DNA of 64,000 nucleotides from Octopus sinensis. Taxonomy: Eukaryota. The position numbers and the translations under genes were made by a program. Below the pieces are notes generated by a model, which did not search any database, was not told the origin of the DNA, and saw only the letters and a list, made by a program, of their open reading frames with translations. How positions within the stretch are numbered: the first letter of the stretch is position 1; each line of letters begins with the position of its first letter. The DNA lies in assembly GCF_006345805.1 (NCBI RefSeq), contig NC_043006.1, positions 66,960,001 through 67,024,000 on the forward strand. The letters are read 5' to 3'. Below are positions 52,495 to 64,000 of the stretch, piece after piece.

Positions 52495-53249
52495 GTGCAT
52501 TTTATACTGGTACATATTTTCTTTGCAGAACTTCTACAGATGCCGAATAATGAACCCTGTCTTCTACTGACAATTGCCTCAGCACCTCAAGTGCAGGACC
52601 CTTCAAACTAGTGGCAAGCTGAACCTCTCTTTGCCTCTGGTCCCTCTGATTCTGGTCAACCGGTGCCTGAAGTTAGACTCGGTAGGCCTTCCAAGACACT
52701 TTGCCATCGAATTATTGTGGCTTCTTCCTAATGTGGATTCCAGTGTCACCTTGCACTTCATAGGATCTGGGCCTAAACACTGGAGCATCATGTTGTGGTA
52801 CAGTATCAACATCCACTTCTTTCTCAGCCACCTTACACTCGGTAACAGAAAGCTCTTCCTCAGACTCCATCCTCTTACCAAACCTGCCTATTTGTTGCTT
52901 GCACCATATAACATCACCACTCACTTCATGTAACCCCACCTTAAATTCTTGGTGATCCTCTAGCAACTGCTGTTGATCTCACTCCATTCTTCTCATAAAT
53001 GTTTGCAACTGAACTTAAAGATTTGTGCTGCGTTTTCTGCTCCTCTTGGAGCCCATTTTAATTATCATTGTGCTCCTTTAAAGTTTTCACAATTGTACCC
53101 AGAGATAACACTTCCGTATTTGTCTGGCTCATTGTACGTACTCCTTCCGCCGGGTCCATAGCGAATAATCGGGTCACTATAACAATGAATATTCCAATTC
53201 TGACACCAGTTGTTATGCCGCACGCAGCCTCCAGAAACCGCCTATAACA
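52495..53249 (-). mobile_element. Ty3/Gypsy LTR retrotransposon relic: LTR end, tRNA-Leu PBS, gag pseudogene
   Basis: ..ATAACA-AC-TGGTGTCAGAATTGGAAT (16/18 to the tRNA-Leu PBS TGGTGTCAGAAGTGGGAT); KPQQFDGKVSWKAY..QLATSLKGPALEVL gag motif; internal stops. Confidence 0.82.
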
Positions 53250-53484
53250 CAACAGGTTGTGTCCAATAGCTCAGAAGACCACATAGACGAGCTCAGCCAT
53301 CCAACTTGCTTAGAGCGGCAGAAACAGGAATCAAAGAAATCAGAGGCGTTGAAAATAACAAACAAACCCGTTGAGTATAAACAAAATGCAAGAACTTTAA
53401 TTAAGAGGCCAATAACATTTATGGAATAAATTAACAGTTCTTTAGAAAGTTTTTTGAGAGTTCTTCGATTTACCTCTGAAATGT

Positions 53485-53781
53485 GGAGGCACATGGCCTA
53501 GTGGTTAGAGTAGCGGACTCGCGGTCGAGGGATCGTGGGTTCGAATGTCAGACCGGGTGATGTGTGTGTTTATGAGCGAAACACCTAAGCTTCATGCGGC
53601 TCCGGCAGAAAGTAAAGGCAAACGTCTGCTGACTCTTTCGCCACAACTTTCTCTCACTCTTTCCTCTTGCAGCTCACCTGCTACGGACCGGCGTCCCGTC
53701 CAGGTGGGGAACCTATACGCCAAGGAAACCGGGAAACCGACCCTTATGAGCCAGGCATGGCTCGAGAAGGAACAAAGAAGA
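53485..53781 (+). mobile_element. SINE family C, full length with TSD
   Basis: A box TGGCCTAGTGG, B box GGTTCGAAT; TSD ACCTCTGAAATGT(G) at 53472 and 53782. Confidence 0.92.
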
Positions 53782-54160
53782 ACCTCTGAAATGTGTAGAC
53801 TTCTTTCACTGAGCTCTTCTATTGTTCACCAATCTAGTGATTAATATTCTATCGTTTTTTATCTCTTTTTTTTCGACTGGACTCTTGTTACTTCAGAATT
53901 GTCGGTACCATTCTGCCTGCTTTACGTTGCCAAGTTCACTATTTTCGCAGCCAGTTCAAAACCTTCCACCGTTTAAAATAACCACCGAAACTTCACACTC
54001 GACACCAAGTACTATGTCAACTATTCCACACGAATTTTTCCCAGCACCATCTCACATATCGACTGCATGGCACCGGCTCCTACATGAAAAACCGCTCACA
54101 TCGCCTTCATCACGTCGCCCGTCGCACATCGCCTTCCCGTACGAACTACAAATGCACACG

Positions 54161-55097
54161 ATTTCTTTATTACCCAGGACGAGCTGACAAAGATAAGAAA
54201 CAAACAACACATTGGGGACATAAAACGGAAAAAAAAAAAACGTATGATAAAATGAGTGAGTGAAAGTGAAAGATGAAAGTGATGTTACCCGCCCCATCGA
54301 ATAACATCACTTACCTGTCCTCGTCCCCTATGTCCTCATCTTATAGTCTTTCGAAAAATACATAGTCCCTTATTTTCACCCCGTACCGATTTTCCAGTTC
54401 TCCTTTTTCTTGTCCAGGTCTCTTTCCTTTCTTACTAACAAAAAAAAACATATTCAGTTCATTTCCAAGTTCTTTCACTTGCTTTCCCGTTAAAGGCACC
54501 TCCATACACTCCTCTTCATCCCAACTATCCGGCAATTTAACTTGACCCCAGTCCTTCAATATTTCCAACAGGTCCTCGTCTTCCTTGTCTAATAAATCTA
54601 AAGCGGGAGGGGAATTTAGTAAGTTGTTCTGTGTGTCTGTTCTTTGTTTTCTTGTTGGCGTAGAGTGGGTAGGTTTTGTGTCTGCAGGGGAAGGCTGTGA
54701 CGAAGATGGTGTGGGTGGTGCTGGGGTGGGTTGGGGTTCATTTTAACTTGCCTTCTTTCTTTTTCTCTTCTTCTTTTTACTATTGGTTTCCCATTCTGCT
54801 TTATCTTCCAACTTTTCCTCTTCTGCCTCTATCTGTTCCTATAACGGCTCCCGGGTATATTCTACCTCTTTTACGGTTTCCCTCGTTCCTTCCTTCGCAG
54901 TTAGCGCTTATGTGACCTTTCAGGCCACATTTAAAATATCGAGGTGCTCTGCCCTCCACCCATACTCGTAGACTTATGTCTCCCATCGTAATTACCTCTG
55001 TTAAGCGTTCAAGGAGTTGAGTTTCCGCTTGTACGCTCATCTCTAATACTACTCTCTTCCAGTTGCCTTCATCCGTAATCGTGGCCTGAAGTATATC
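54161..55097 (-). mobile_element. 5'-truncated ORF1-only (HAL1-like) retroelement with 20-bp TSD
   Basis: LRVWVEGRAPRYFKCGLKGHISANC (decayed CCHC knuckle); ORF stops at 54341; ~180-bp 3' UTR with AATAAA; TSD ACGAACTA(C/T)AAATGCACACG at 54141-54160 and 55098-55117. Confidence 0.8.
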
Positions 55098-55564
55098 ACG
55101 AACTATAAATGCACACGTGGCCACATAGCATTTGTAGTCTTTATACTTCTCCCACACCGTAAGAGCGTGCAAAAAATCATATCGCCTACGCTTTAAACAG
55201 TCACGTGACCACAAAAAATTTTTGGGGTCTTCACTTTCAAAACCAGAGAGCAGTGTTCTAATTCGCATCGTGCGTATGAGAAATTATCTGAATATAATAC
55301 TTTTCGTTCGTAACAATATATACGTATAGAGACGCCCACCATTATAAAATATATCCTTATTTACAACGATAAATTGAGATTTGAAGGAGATTTGACTGTA
55401 TAAGTGCACAACCGTATAAGTGATTCAATATGTCTTATCAAACTCCTTCTAATGTAACATGCATTATCTGTTAAGAAATAGAATAACATAACAGGTTTAC
55501 TCAAAATCTGTCGTTGTGTTTCTGTAATACATAATAAATTAACTATTGACATCGGATTTGTTGG

Positions 55565-56150
55565 ACGTGCGGTTAAGAATTTCGCTTTGCAACGACGTGG
55601 TCTTGGGTTCAGTTCTACTGAGCAGCACCTTGGGGAAGTCTCCTCTACTATAGTTCCGGACAGACAAATGCCTTGTGATGGAAGTTGGTAGAGGGAACTG
55701 TGTGGAAACAAATTGGCTGTGTGTGTGATTGTGTGTGCGTTTGTGTGATTGTGTGTACGCGTGTGTGTACGCGTGTGTGTGCGTGTGTATATATATATAT
55801 GTGTGTGTGTATGTCTTAGGATATTTTCATTAATATAATTTTAATACAGAATTGGTAAGGAACTGGGTGGAGACAAATTGGCTGTCTGTGTTTGTGTATT
55901 GTGTGGGGGGGCGTGTGTGTGTGTCTTTTGTGTCGCTGTGTCTGTGTTTGCTACCACACCGTTTGGCAACCAGTGTTGGTCTGTATCCGCTCACGTAACC
56001 TAGCGCTTCAGCAAAAGTTACCGATCGAACAAGTGGCAAACATTAAAACATGTAAGTACTAGTGTCGATTTATTCGACGAAACTCTTCGCGCCTATACTG
56101 TAGCATGGCCGCAGTGTAATGACTGAATCAATTAAGAGACTAAAAGAGTA
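55565..56150 (+). mobile_element. SINE family A, old and internally rearranged
   Basis: Decayed head and tail motifs. Confidence 0.7.
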
Positions 56151-57279
56151 TTATTGTTAATATAGAATATTTTCGTTAATATAGTTTTAATACAGAATTG
56201 TTATTGTTTTTCTTAAAAACTTTTTTCCAGATCTGTCGATTAAATTTTCGTGTTCGTTTTATTTTATGTTTATCTCCTTGAATATTGTTTGTTTTGCAAA
56301 ACATTTTACATTGACGTTTTCTGTTTAGTTTTATCTGTTCTCATGTAATTAAATAGTACAAGTTCTCTAATAACTTGTTGGAGCTCACTAAAAGACGTGA
56401 AAACACTTGTCACTTGATAGCAGCAATTGCGGGAGAAGAAACAAAGAAATAGAGAAACAAAAGGTATTCTCATTTCCTCATCAATGTTTCAGCTTTAAAA
56501 ACAATTAAAGAGAAATTAAAATGTAAAAAAAAATTGTAAAAATTCATTTTATATTTTATTAATATTCACTCAGCGCTCCATCATGGCTTGAGTTAGATTG
56601 GTTGAAGTAAGCTATTTGTGTATAGCACACGTTGTATCAATAGTCATAACTGAATGAACAAGTGCATCTTCACACTTCGTTTACAAATTCACATGCATAT
56701 AGATTGATAGATAGATAGATAGATAGATAAAGAGAGAGAGAGAGAGAGAGAAGAGAAAGAAAGAAAGAAAGAGAAAGAGAGCTAGAAAATATATTATAGC
56801 TCTACTAAGACGACTCTATACGATTTTCCTCATAACACGTGTGTCTGAAAAAACGAAACGGCGAAAGCCCTTGCACGCACTCCGAAAGCATTTTCCAAGC
56901 GGTTTGCGTCATTCAGTTTCTTTTAAGAAATTTTTCATAAAGTGAATAATTTGTAGTTTCGAAATATCTCTCTTCAAATATTGCGACTATGTCAAGAATT
57001 CTTTGCACAAACTTTAAACATATATATTATTCACACATACGTATATATGAATAAGCATATATGCGTGTGAGTTTACTAAGCATATATTTATTTTCACTGT
57101 AAAGCTAGGAACCGTGCCAAAACAGACTAGTATGTCGTATCGTTGTCAAAGCAAGCCCAGCTCCGACATAATAATGGTAATATTTTATTTAATATCAGAC
57201 CGAAACAATTTAATATTTATGATCATTTTTCTTTATATTTTTTTCTTTGTATCAGCTAGTGGTCGTAAGATTTGATTAG

Positions 57280-57600
57280 TCGAACAAATCGACTCCGGTA
57301 CATTATTATATCTTGTATTTATTCTATCGGTGTCTCGTGACGGTTCGATGTGTTACGGGAATGTAACCAATTCAACAGCGGTTATCAAGCTGTGGGGGAC
57401 ACCACCACCCCCACACACACTGCCAGACACACACACATACACACACACACACACGCGCGCGCGCACGTACACATAGAGACACCGGTATACTTACGACAAA
57501 CTTTACTCACAAGACATTGGTCGGCCCGAAGTTTTAGTAGAAAATATTTTGCCGAGTAGCTGCGCAGTGGGACCGAACTTGAAAATAAATGGCTGCAAAG
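57280..57600 (-). mobile_element. SINE family A, old copy
   Basis: TTATTCTATCGGT, TTGGTCGGCCCGA and GCAGTGGGACCGAAC remnants. Confidence 0.7.
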
Positions 57601-58464
57601 CCAGTTTCTTTCCTGTTTTGAATTTCTTCGGTCTAGAAATAGAAGCAGTGCCCATGGGCTTCGCAAGTTCGAACTAGATCCATGAGATTGACAACAATAA
57701 ATGACCCTCTTGAACCGATCGGAAGGAAGATTATCAGCAGGGAGGGACTACTACCGAGGCAACATTCTGACAAGGATGGATCGAACCAAGTGATTAATGA
57801 GTGGTCTCAAAGGAGTGAAGACACTACAAGTTTGATGTCAGCGAGTGAGGAACGAATACCTGAGTAGAGGTAGCATGAGCCCATCCACCCTCGAATAGCA
57901 AAAGCCGTTATAATTATAGTCAGAGGGAGTAGTCGTAAATATCACATCTGTTGTCCAGAGGCTGGGGTGTAACAATGACTTTATTCCAAACAGCCGGGTG
58001 AACTCTTATGGATAGCGTTTAGAATAAATGTGTACAACAGCACGGTATCTTCTTAAATTTGAACACAGCATCAGATCGTAGGCCTCGTCTGAGATTTATA
58101 TAATGCCAATATTTGTTGGAAGAGGAAGTAGATTCTGACCCTGAAAACAAAAACTAGTTATCGTTATTTAAATGAATTGTACAATCCATCTTGTTTACAT
58201 TTCTTAAGTAAGTAGCTTATACTGTTTTTTTTTTCCGCAAGGCCTAAAGACATATGGTTTAAGTTTTAAGTACAGTTCTTCCGACCTAATTTCACAGTTA
58301 ACTTTCTAAATATATGCGTTTATTAAACACGTATAGATGATTACACACACACACACACACGCACATATGCACACACATACACACGCATATATATATATAT
58401 ATATGTATTATGTATGTATGTATATATACACACACCACACAAGCATATATATATATGTATGTAT

Positions 58465-58521
<57 letters not shown>

Positions 58522-59167
58522 TCATATTGATATATTTATTTATATATTTATATCAGATCGTAAATACGTGACAAATTTATTGATTCCGAATGCAATTCTA
58601 TAAAACCTTTTAAAAGCAAAGCAATCGTACTTGGGGGCAGTTGAGGAAGAATGTCAGTAATTCGATCCTGAGTTGTTTGAGAAAGCTTATTAACAATATG
58701 ATTAAGGGATTAAAGAATTACGAGATTATTCTGACAGAAACACTGATTCTTCCATCTTCATTCTAAACAAACATAGATGCATTCTTCTTGTAATTGTTGT
58801 TATCATTGCTGTTCATATTTTAGTTGCCGTCGTTATTGTTCTTGTCTGCTATTATTGTAGTTTTTGCTATTAATGTAAATTGTTGCTTTTACTCTTCCTA
58901 TTGTTATTGCTGTTGTTGTTGTTGTTGCTATTGTCGTTAACGTCGTTGTTCTGGTTGTATTTGCTGTTATTAGATTCCTTGCTGTTATATTTTGTGTTGA
59001 TTTTTAAATCTTCATTCAAGAAATGATTGGAGTTCAGCAAAATTAAACATGTCTTCCTTTTCGTTTGGTTTATTTTATTTATTCATTTATTATTAGAGAG
59101 AGAACTTTACGAATATACATAATACAAATATATATATATATATATATATATTGGTAAAAACGGTAAG

Positions 59168-59204
<37 letters not shown>

Positions 59205-59269
59205 CATACACGCAAGCACATATATATATATATATATATGTATGTGAGTCTGTGTGTGTGTGTGCATAC

Positions 59270-59790
59270 ATGGGTACAGGAAGTCACCAATGGTGCAAAT
59301 AACATGAAATGCGTAAACAAACGAGGGAAAATGGAAAACAGGACAAGTAAACACAGAGAAAGGACCATTTAAGAGTTGTTGGCTGTCTATCTACTCCTCA
59401 TTTCGAGCATTCAACGACAATATGAGTCTTCAAGGATAGTTGCTCCCATAAATTCGAAAATAAAATTTAGGATTTATAGAGAATCGAAGTAGGGAACAAA
59501 ATGAGGACAATGGAGACATACTAGAAAACCGAATGGAAACGTGAAAGCATGAGAGAAATTTGTTTTTGAGAAGAGAAAGAAAGGTGAGAGAGAAAAACAC
59601 GCCCGTTCTTTTAAACGTCCGAGCAGGAAAAGAAAGATGGTCACGTGAGAAAAAGAATGATGGACGATGGTCATGTGTGAGCAATGAGAGGGAGTAGGGA
59701 TGCAGGACGTCACTAACGGTGCAAATAACTGGAAGTACGTAAACAAAGAGAAAAAAGGGAAACAGGACAAATAAATCGAGCGAGAGAAAA
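59270..59790 (-). repeat. ~426-bp-period partial tandem repeat between (TA)n tracts (PLE-terminus-like)
   Basis: CAGGA.GTCAC.AA.GGTGCAAATAAC at 59277 and 59703; degenerate hammerhead-like motif at 59387-59439. Confidence 0.65.
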
Positions 59791-60604
59791 ACAGTAACAT
59801 TACTATATATATATATATACATATATATATATCTATGTATGTATGCACGTACTTATGTATGTATAAATGTACTATGTGTATTTATTTATATACATACACA
59901 TACATATATACAGTAAACTTTACACAAATTTAGCACTAAAGTATATCTTAGCATATCTAGATATGCAAGTATAAGATTGAGAAGGCATACATAAAAGAAA
60001 ACATACAAATCTGCACATACATGTATATGTACATATATACATACATACATAATCTGTTGTTGATGTTGAAATTTCATTGAAGGAGCCTCGGATCTGGGTT
60101 AGAAACCGGTTCTTTTTCTATTGTCAAGAAATCTGAAAATAAAACTGAATAATGACATACATACATACATGCAAACACATATCTTTAATTCATACACAAC
60201 AAATGAGCACAATATTTGGGACTATAAAAATCTTATGATTTAAAAGATGACAGTTGAAATGCATTACTTACATTTACAATCATGCTACCAAGCAGGCAGA
60301 TGGTCACTTTTTATTCTAAATTAAAAAGTGAAAGGGCAGAACATACATATACACATGCATATGTTGACGTACGAAGCAGACGTTCAAACATGTGAAATCG
60401 TACCACTCCTACGTTGATTAAAAACAATCACGAGCTGCCTAATGTGAATCTCATCTGAGGTTTCTTATAGACACACGCGCGCGCATACACGCATACACGC
60501 ACATAAACACACACATATATGATAGATAGGCAGACAGACAGACAGACAGTGAGAAAGACAGATACATACAAAATATATCCCGTTGTTGATGTTGAACCTC
60601 AAAT

Positions 60605-60800
60605 GTTTGTCCTCCCACTATCACTTGATAACCGATGTTGGCGTGTTTCTGTCTCCGAAACTTAGCGGTTCGGCCTTAAGAGCCCGATAGAATACGTACT
60701 AGGCTTACAAAGAATAAGTCCTGGGGTCGATTTGTTGGATTAAAGGCAGTACTCTAGTATGGCCGCAATCAAATGACTGAAACGTATAAAAGAGTAAAAA
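60605..60800 (+). mobile_element. SINE family A 3' half
   Basis: CTTAGCGGTTCGGC..GGCTTACAAAGAATAAGTCCTGGGGTCGATTTG. Confidence 0.85.
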
Positions 60801-61645
60801 ATGTATACATACATACATACATACATACATACATACAAAAATGAAAACATGCATACAAGCATATATACATACATGCATGAAAACATACACAGATGCACTC
60901 ATTCTTGTTCATGTTTCCGTGTGTGTATTCCGTGTCTACATGTGTGTGCGTGAGTATATGAACACATGTCTGTATATGCGTGAATATATGCAGTTGTAGT
61001 ACACGCGCTTGTGTGACGCTATATTTCCACGTTTGAATGTGTATGTATATATGTGTGTTTGTATGTTTGTGTGTGTGTATGTGTTTTGTATATGCGTTTA
61101 TATTTACATGTGTTGGTATGATACTCTGTATATATGTGCATATATAAACACGTTTATATGCGTATGTAACTGCATGTGTAAGTCAATGTATATTTGTAAG
61201 TTTGTCTGTAAGTGCGTGCATATATTTCTGTGAATATATCTATTCTTCTGTGCGCATGTGTATGTATCAAGCTATGACTATACATTTGAGAATAGTAGAT
61301 GTATATATACGCCTCGTGTATAATATAACTGTATGTATGTGCAGTGAGACGACTGTCTTTATTAATAAATCACACAGCTGCAAAGTATGAGAGGTCAAAA
61401 GTACTATGAAGTCAAATGGCCTGTATTGACATCGTTGTATTATATACAGGACTATTCAGAAGAATCGCCCAAACAAGTCATCAATACAGGCTTCCATCCA
61501 ACGTCGTTCACCCTTTCAACCCTCTGACTCCAAGCAACCCATGTCTCCTCTAGAGATGCGAGGGTTCGGATATGAATATGGACCCTATTGATGAGAAGTG
61601 TCATTTTTTCAGAAACTAGGGAAATTGTGGTCTGACCTCTGTACG

Positions 61646-61679
<34 letters not shown>

Positions 61680-61970
61680 GTATATATGTATGTATATATG
61701 TATATATGTATGCATGTATGTATGTGTGTAAATATATATAGACATATATGAGCGTGTGTGTGCGTGTATTTATGTATATAAGTGTACATATATATTTACG
61801 CATTTATAACATGTATATGTATACTTATAAGAATTTGTGAGTGTCTACAATCATAAAAATTGGCAATTATAGTTCGCACTTTCTTCTTCTTCTTCTTCTT
61901 CTTCTTCTTCTTCTTCTTCTTCTTCTTCTTCTTCTTCTCATCATCATCCTCATCATCATCATCGTCGACG

Positions 61971-62020
<50 letters not shown>

Positions 62021-62023
<3 letters not shown>

Positions 62024-62390
62024 TTGTATTAATTTTGTAACGTGCTTTCACTTCATTACCGAGCGCAAATCTGAGTTCCTTGGGTATGTGCTGTAGTTTG
62101 TTGTGATGATCTTATTTTCACTGTATTGAAAGTGTTTTATGTAGGATGTGTGGTGCCTAGTAGTGCTATTTTCTGTATGTTATATATATTTGTAAGTCCT
62201 GGTGTTTTTGTTATGTATTTGTCTGAAAGTCTTTTTCATGACACCTAATGCACCTACTATGACAGGGATTTTTTCTGTTTTTACGCTCCACATTCGAGTT
62301 TCCTCTATTTCCAGATCTTTACATTTTGAAAGTTTCTCCGTGTCTTTTGGAGAAACATTGTCATCTGTTGGTATTGATTCTTCGATTAGG

Positions 62391-62393
<3 letters not shown>
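62021..62393 (-). mobile_element. R4/Dong-clade LINE 3' end (restriction-like endonuclease C-terminus) inside (TAA)n
   Basis: FLIEESIPTDDNVS..EKLSKCKDLEIE..RMW..IPVIVGALG..IQKIALLGT; (TTA)n on both sides. Confidence 0.85.
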
Positions 62394-62436
<43 letters not shown>

Positions 62437-62639
62437 GCATCAGAGAACAGAGCATGCCATCAAAGTAACACTGGGTGTAAATTTTACAAAGCCGAGTATA
62501 CCTATCATGTCTACCCGTCTGTCCAGGTTACACTAGGCACATGCATCACAACCATCTATGCCGGCATGCTACATTCACTTACTATATTAGTAACGCTTTC
62601 CTATTTTGAGTTGCATAATCTACATTGGGAATCTACTTG

Positions 62640-64000
62640 GTTTTTCTCTGTTCAGGCTTTTATCCAATTAGTCCTTAATGTTTGATCTTGCGCAGCTACT
62701 AACACACTTTCTGTCTTTCTCTTCAGCTTTCCTTTCTGCAGCCGTAACCTTGTCTTACTACATCTATTTACTGAAACTATCTTTGGAAATCTAGCCAGGA
62801 ACGCCTTCTCCTGCCACACAGATAACTTTTGTTCTTTTTTCTGGTTTTTAAACTCCTTTGGTGTTTTGGTTTCCCCATGTCTTGCTGTGACTGTAACAGC
62901 TTTGAATAAACTTTCTTCACTTTTACGTATATAGGAGTCTATATCTATTCTAGCTAACTCCACACAATCTTCCACTGAAATTAACCCTCTCCCGCCTTCC
63001 TTTCTAGGTAAGAGTAATCTTGCTATTCTTGCCCATGTATGTAGTCCTCCATTCATATTGAATTCTTTCCTAGTTCTTCCGTCTAGCTTTGCTAATTCAG
63101 TTTTTGTCCAGTCTACAAAAGCTGCTGAGTATCTAAGAAATGGTACTGCCCAAGTATTTTCAGCCTTCATTAGATTCGGACCATTTAATTTTACTTCATT
63201 AACTTCATTACCCTTCTGATGTACTCCTTCTCAATTTTAGCTTTCATTTCTGTAGTTAGTACTCTGTCAGATTCTAATATTCCTTGATACTCTCTCCTCC
63301 TTTCAATGATTTTAATGTCTGGCCATCTGGTAATGGGATGCCTTCGCTGTTGACTACCTGTCTCCTTCTCATGACTAATACTGCACACCTCTAACTTTGC
63401 CAATTTCCATGTCTATAGCTTTGCTGAAGAGTCTTACAGTCTGTATTAAGGAATCTGTTTTTCATTCTTACTAAAATGCTTCAGGTCATCTATGTAGAGC
63501 AAATGGTTAATTTTTCAATTACTGGTTCTGAACTGATACCCTGCCTTTGCCTTCCTTAATACTAAACTGAGGGGGAGCAAACATAAAACAAATATTAAAA
63601 GAGACACCGAGTCCCCCTGAAAAATTCCTCGTCTGATATTAACATTCTCTAAGAGTGTGTCTCATGAGTAGAAATCTACTTTCCATTTCTTCATGCTACA
63701 GCTAATTAATTCTCTTATGTTGTATAGTCAAATATTCACTTATCCATGAGTTTGGGATCATATCATAGGATTTCCTATAACCTATCCATGCTATTGTTAG
63801 ATCTTTCTTTTTAGATTTTATTTCATTTAGAACTGCCTTCTCTAGGTATAATAGATCATGCGTTCCTCTAGCCTTCTTCCTGCAATCTTTCTCTTATTCT
63901 GGTAGTAACTTTTGGTTGTCAAGGTGCTCTAAATGTTTCCTGAAAGCATTCCTGTTAACAGTTTCCCCACTGATAGTAAGCAAATGATTGGTCTATAGTT
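62640..64000 (-). mobile_element. R4/Dong-clade LINE reverse transcriptase pseudogene
   Basis: RGIFQGDS, NHLLYIDDLK, NTWAVPFLRYS..LPRKEGGRGLISVEDCV..AAQDQTLRTN; frameshifts; continues past the window end. Confidence 0.9.

Noticed and set aside
53485-53560. tRNA gene
   Set aside because: tRNA-like SINE head with unrelated body, tail and TSD; no complete cloverleaf.
54184-54316. Intron-like GTAAGT...TTGTCAG on the minus strand
   Set aside because: Lies in the 3' UTR of the TSD-bounded retroelement and was retained in it, so not evidence of a host gene.
55098-55268. N-terminal ~57 aa of the 155-aa ORF
   Set aside because: Outside the element as defined by the TSD; the frame is open into flanking DNA by chance.
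57650-57940. Possible second RTE 3' relic
   Set aside because: Too degenerate to call by eye.

Overview
This is AT-rich, repeat-saturated eukaryotic DNA. The SINE families and the density of (TA)n/(CA)n/(GATA)n/(TAT)n microsatellites point to an octopus genome (recognised from memory, not searched). I find no supportable host protein-coding gene, and nearly all ORF-track entries are translated microsatellites. The window holds about 30 tRNA-derived SINE copies in three families and decayed pieces of Penelope-like elements (PLEs). It also has RTE, L1/Tx1 and R4/Dong LINE fragments, a Gypsy gag/PBS relic, two mariners, non-autonomous Helitrons and MITEs. The most unusual signals: (1) several families of minimal type-I hammerhead ribozyme motifs, including a 354-nt ribozyme-to-ribozyme unit resembling a non-LTR retrozyme; (2) repeated head-to-head fold-back insertions, one bounded by a perfect 14-bp TSD; (3) a 5'-truncated U6 snRNA copy fused head-to-head to a 5'-truncated Penelope element; (4) a TSD-bounded ORF1-only (HAL1-like) retroelement that shares its 3' end with an L1/Tx1 LINE. 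Coordinates and alignments were read by eye and may be off by a few bases.
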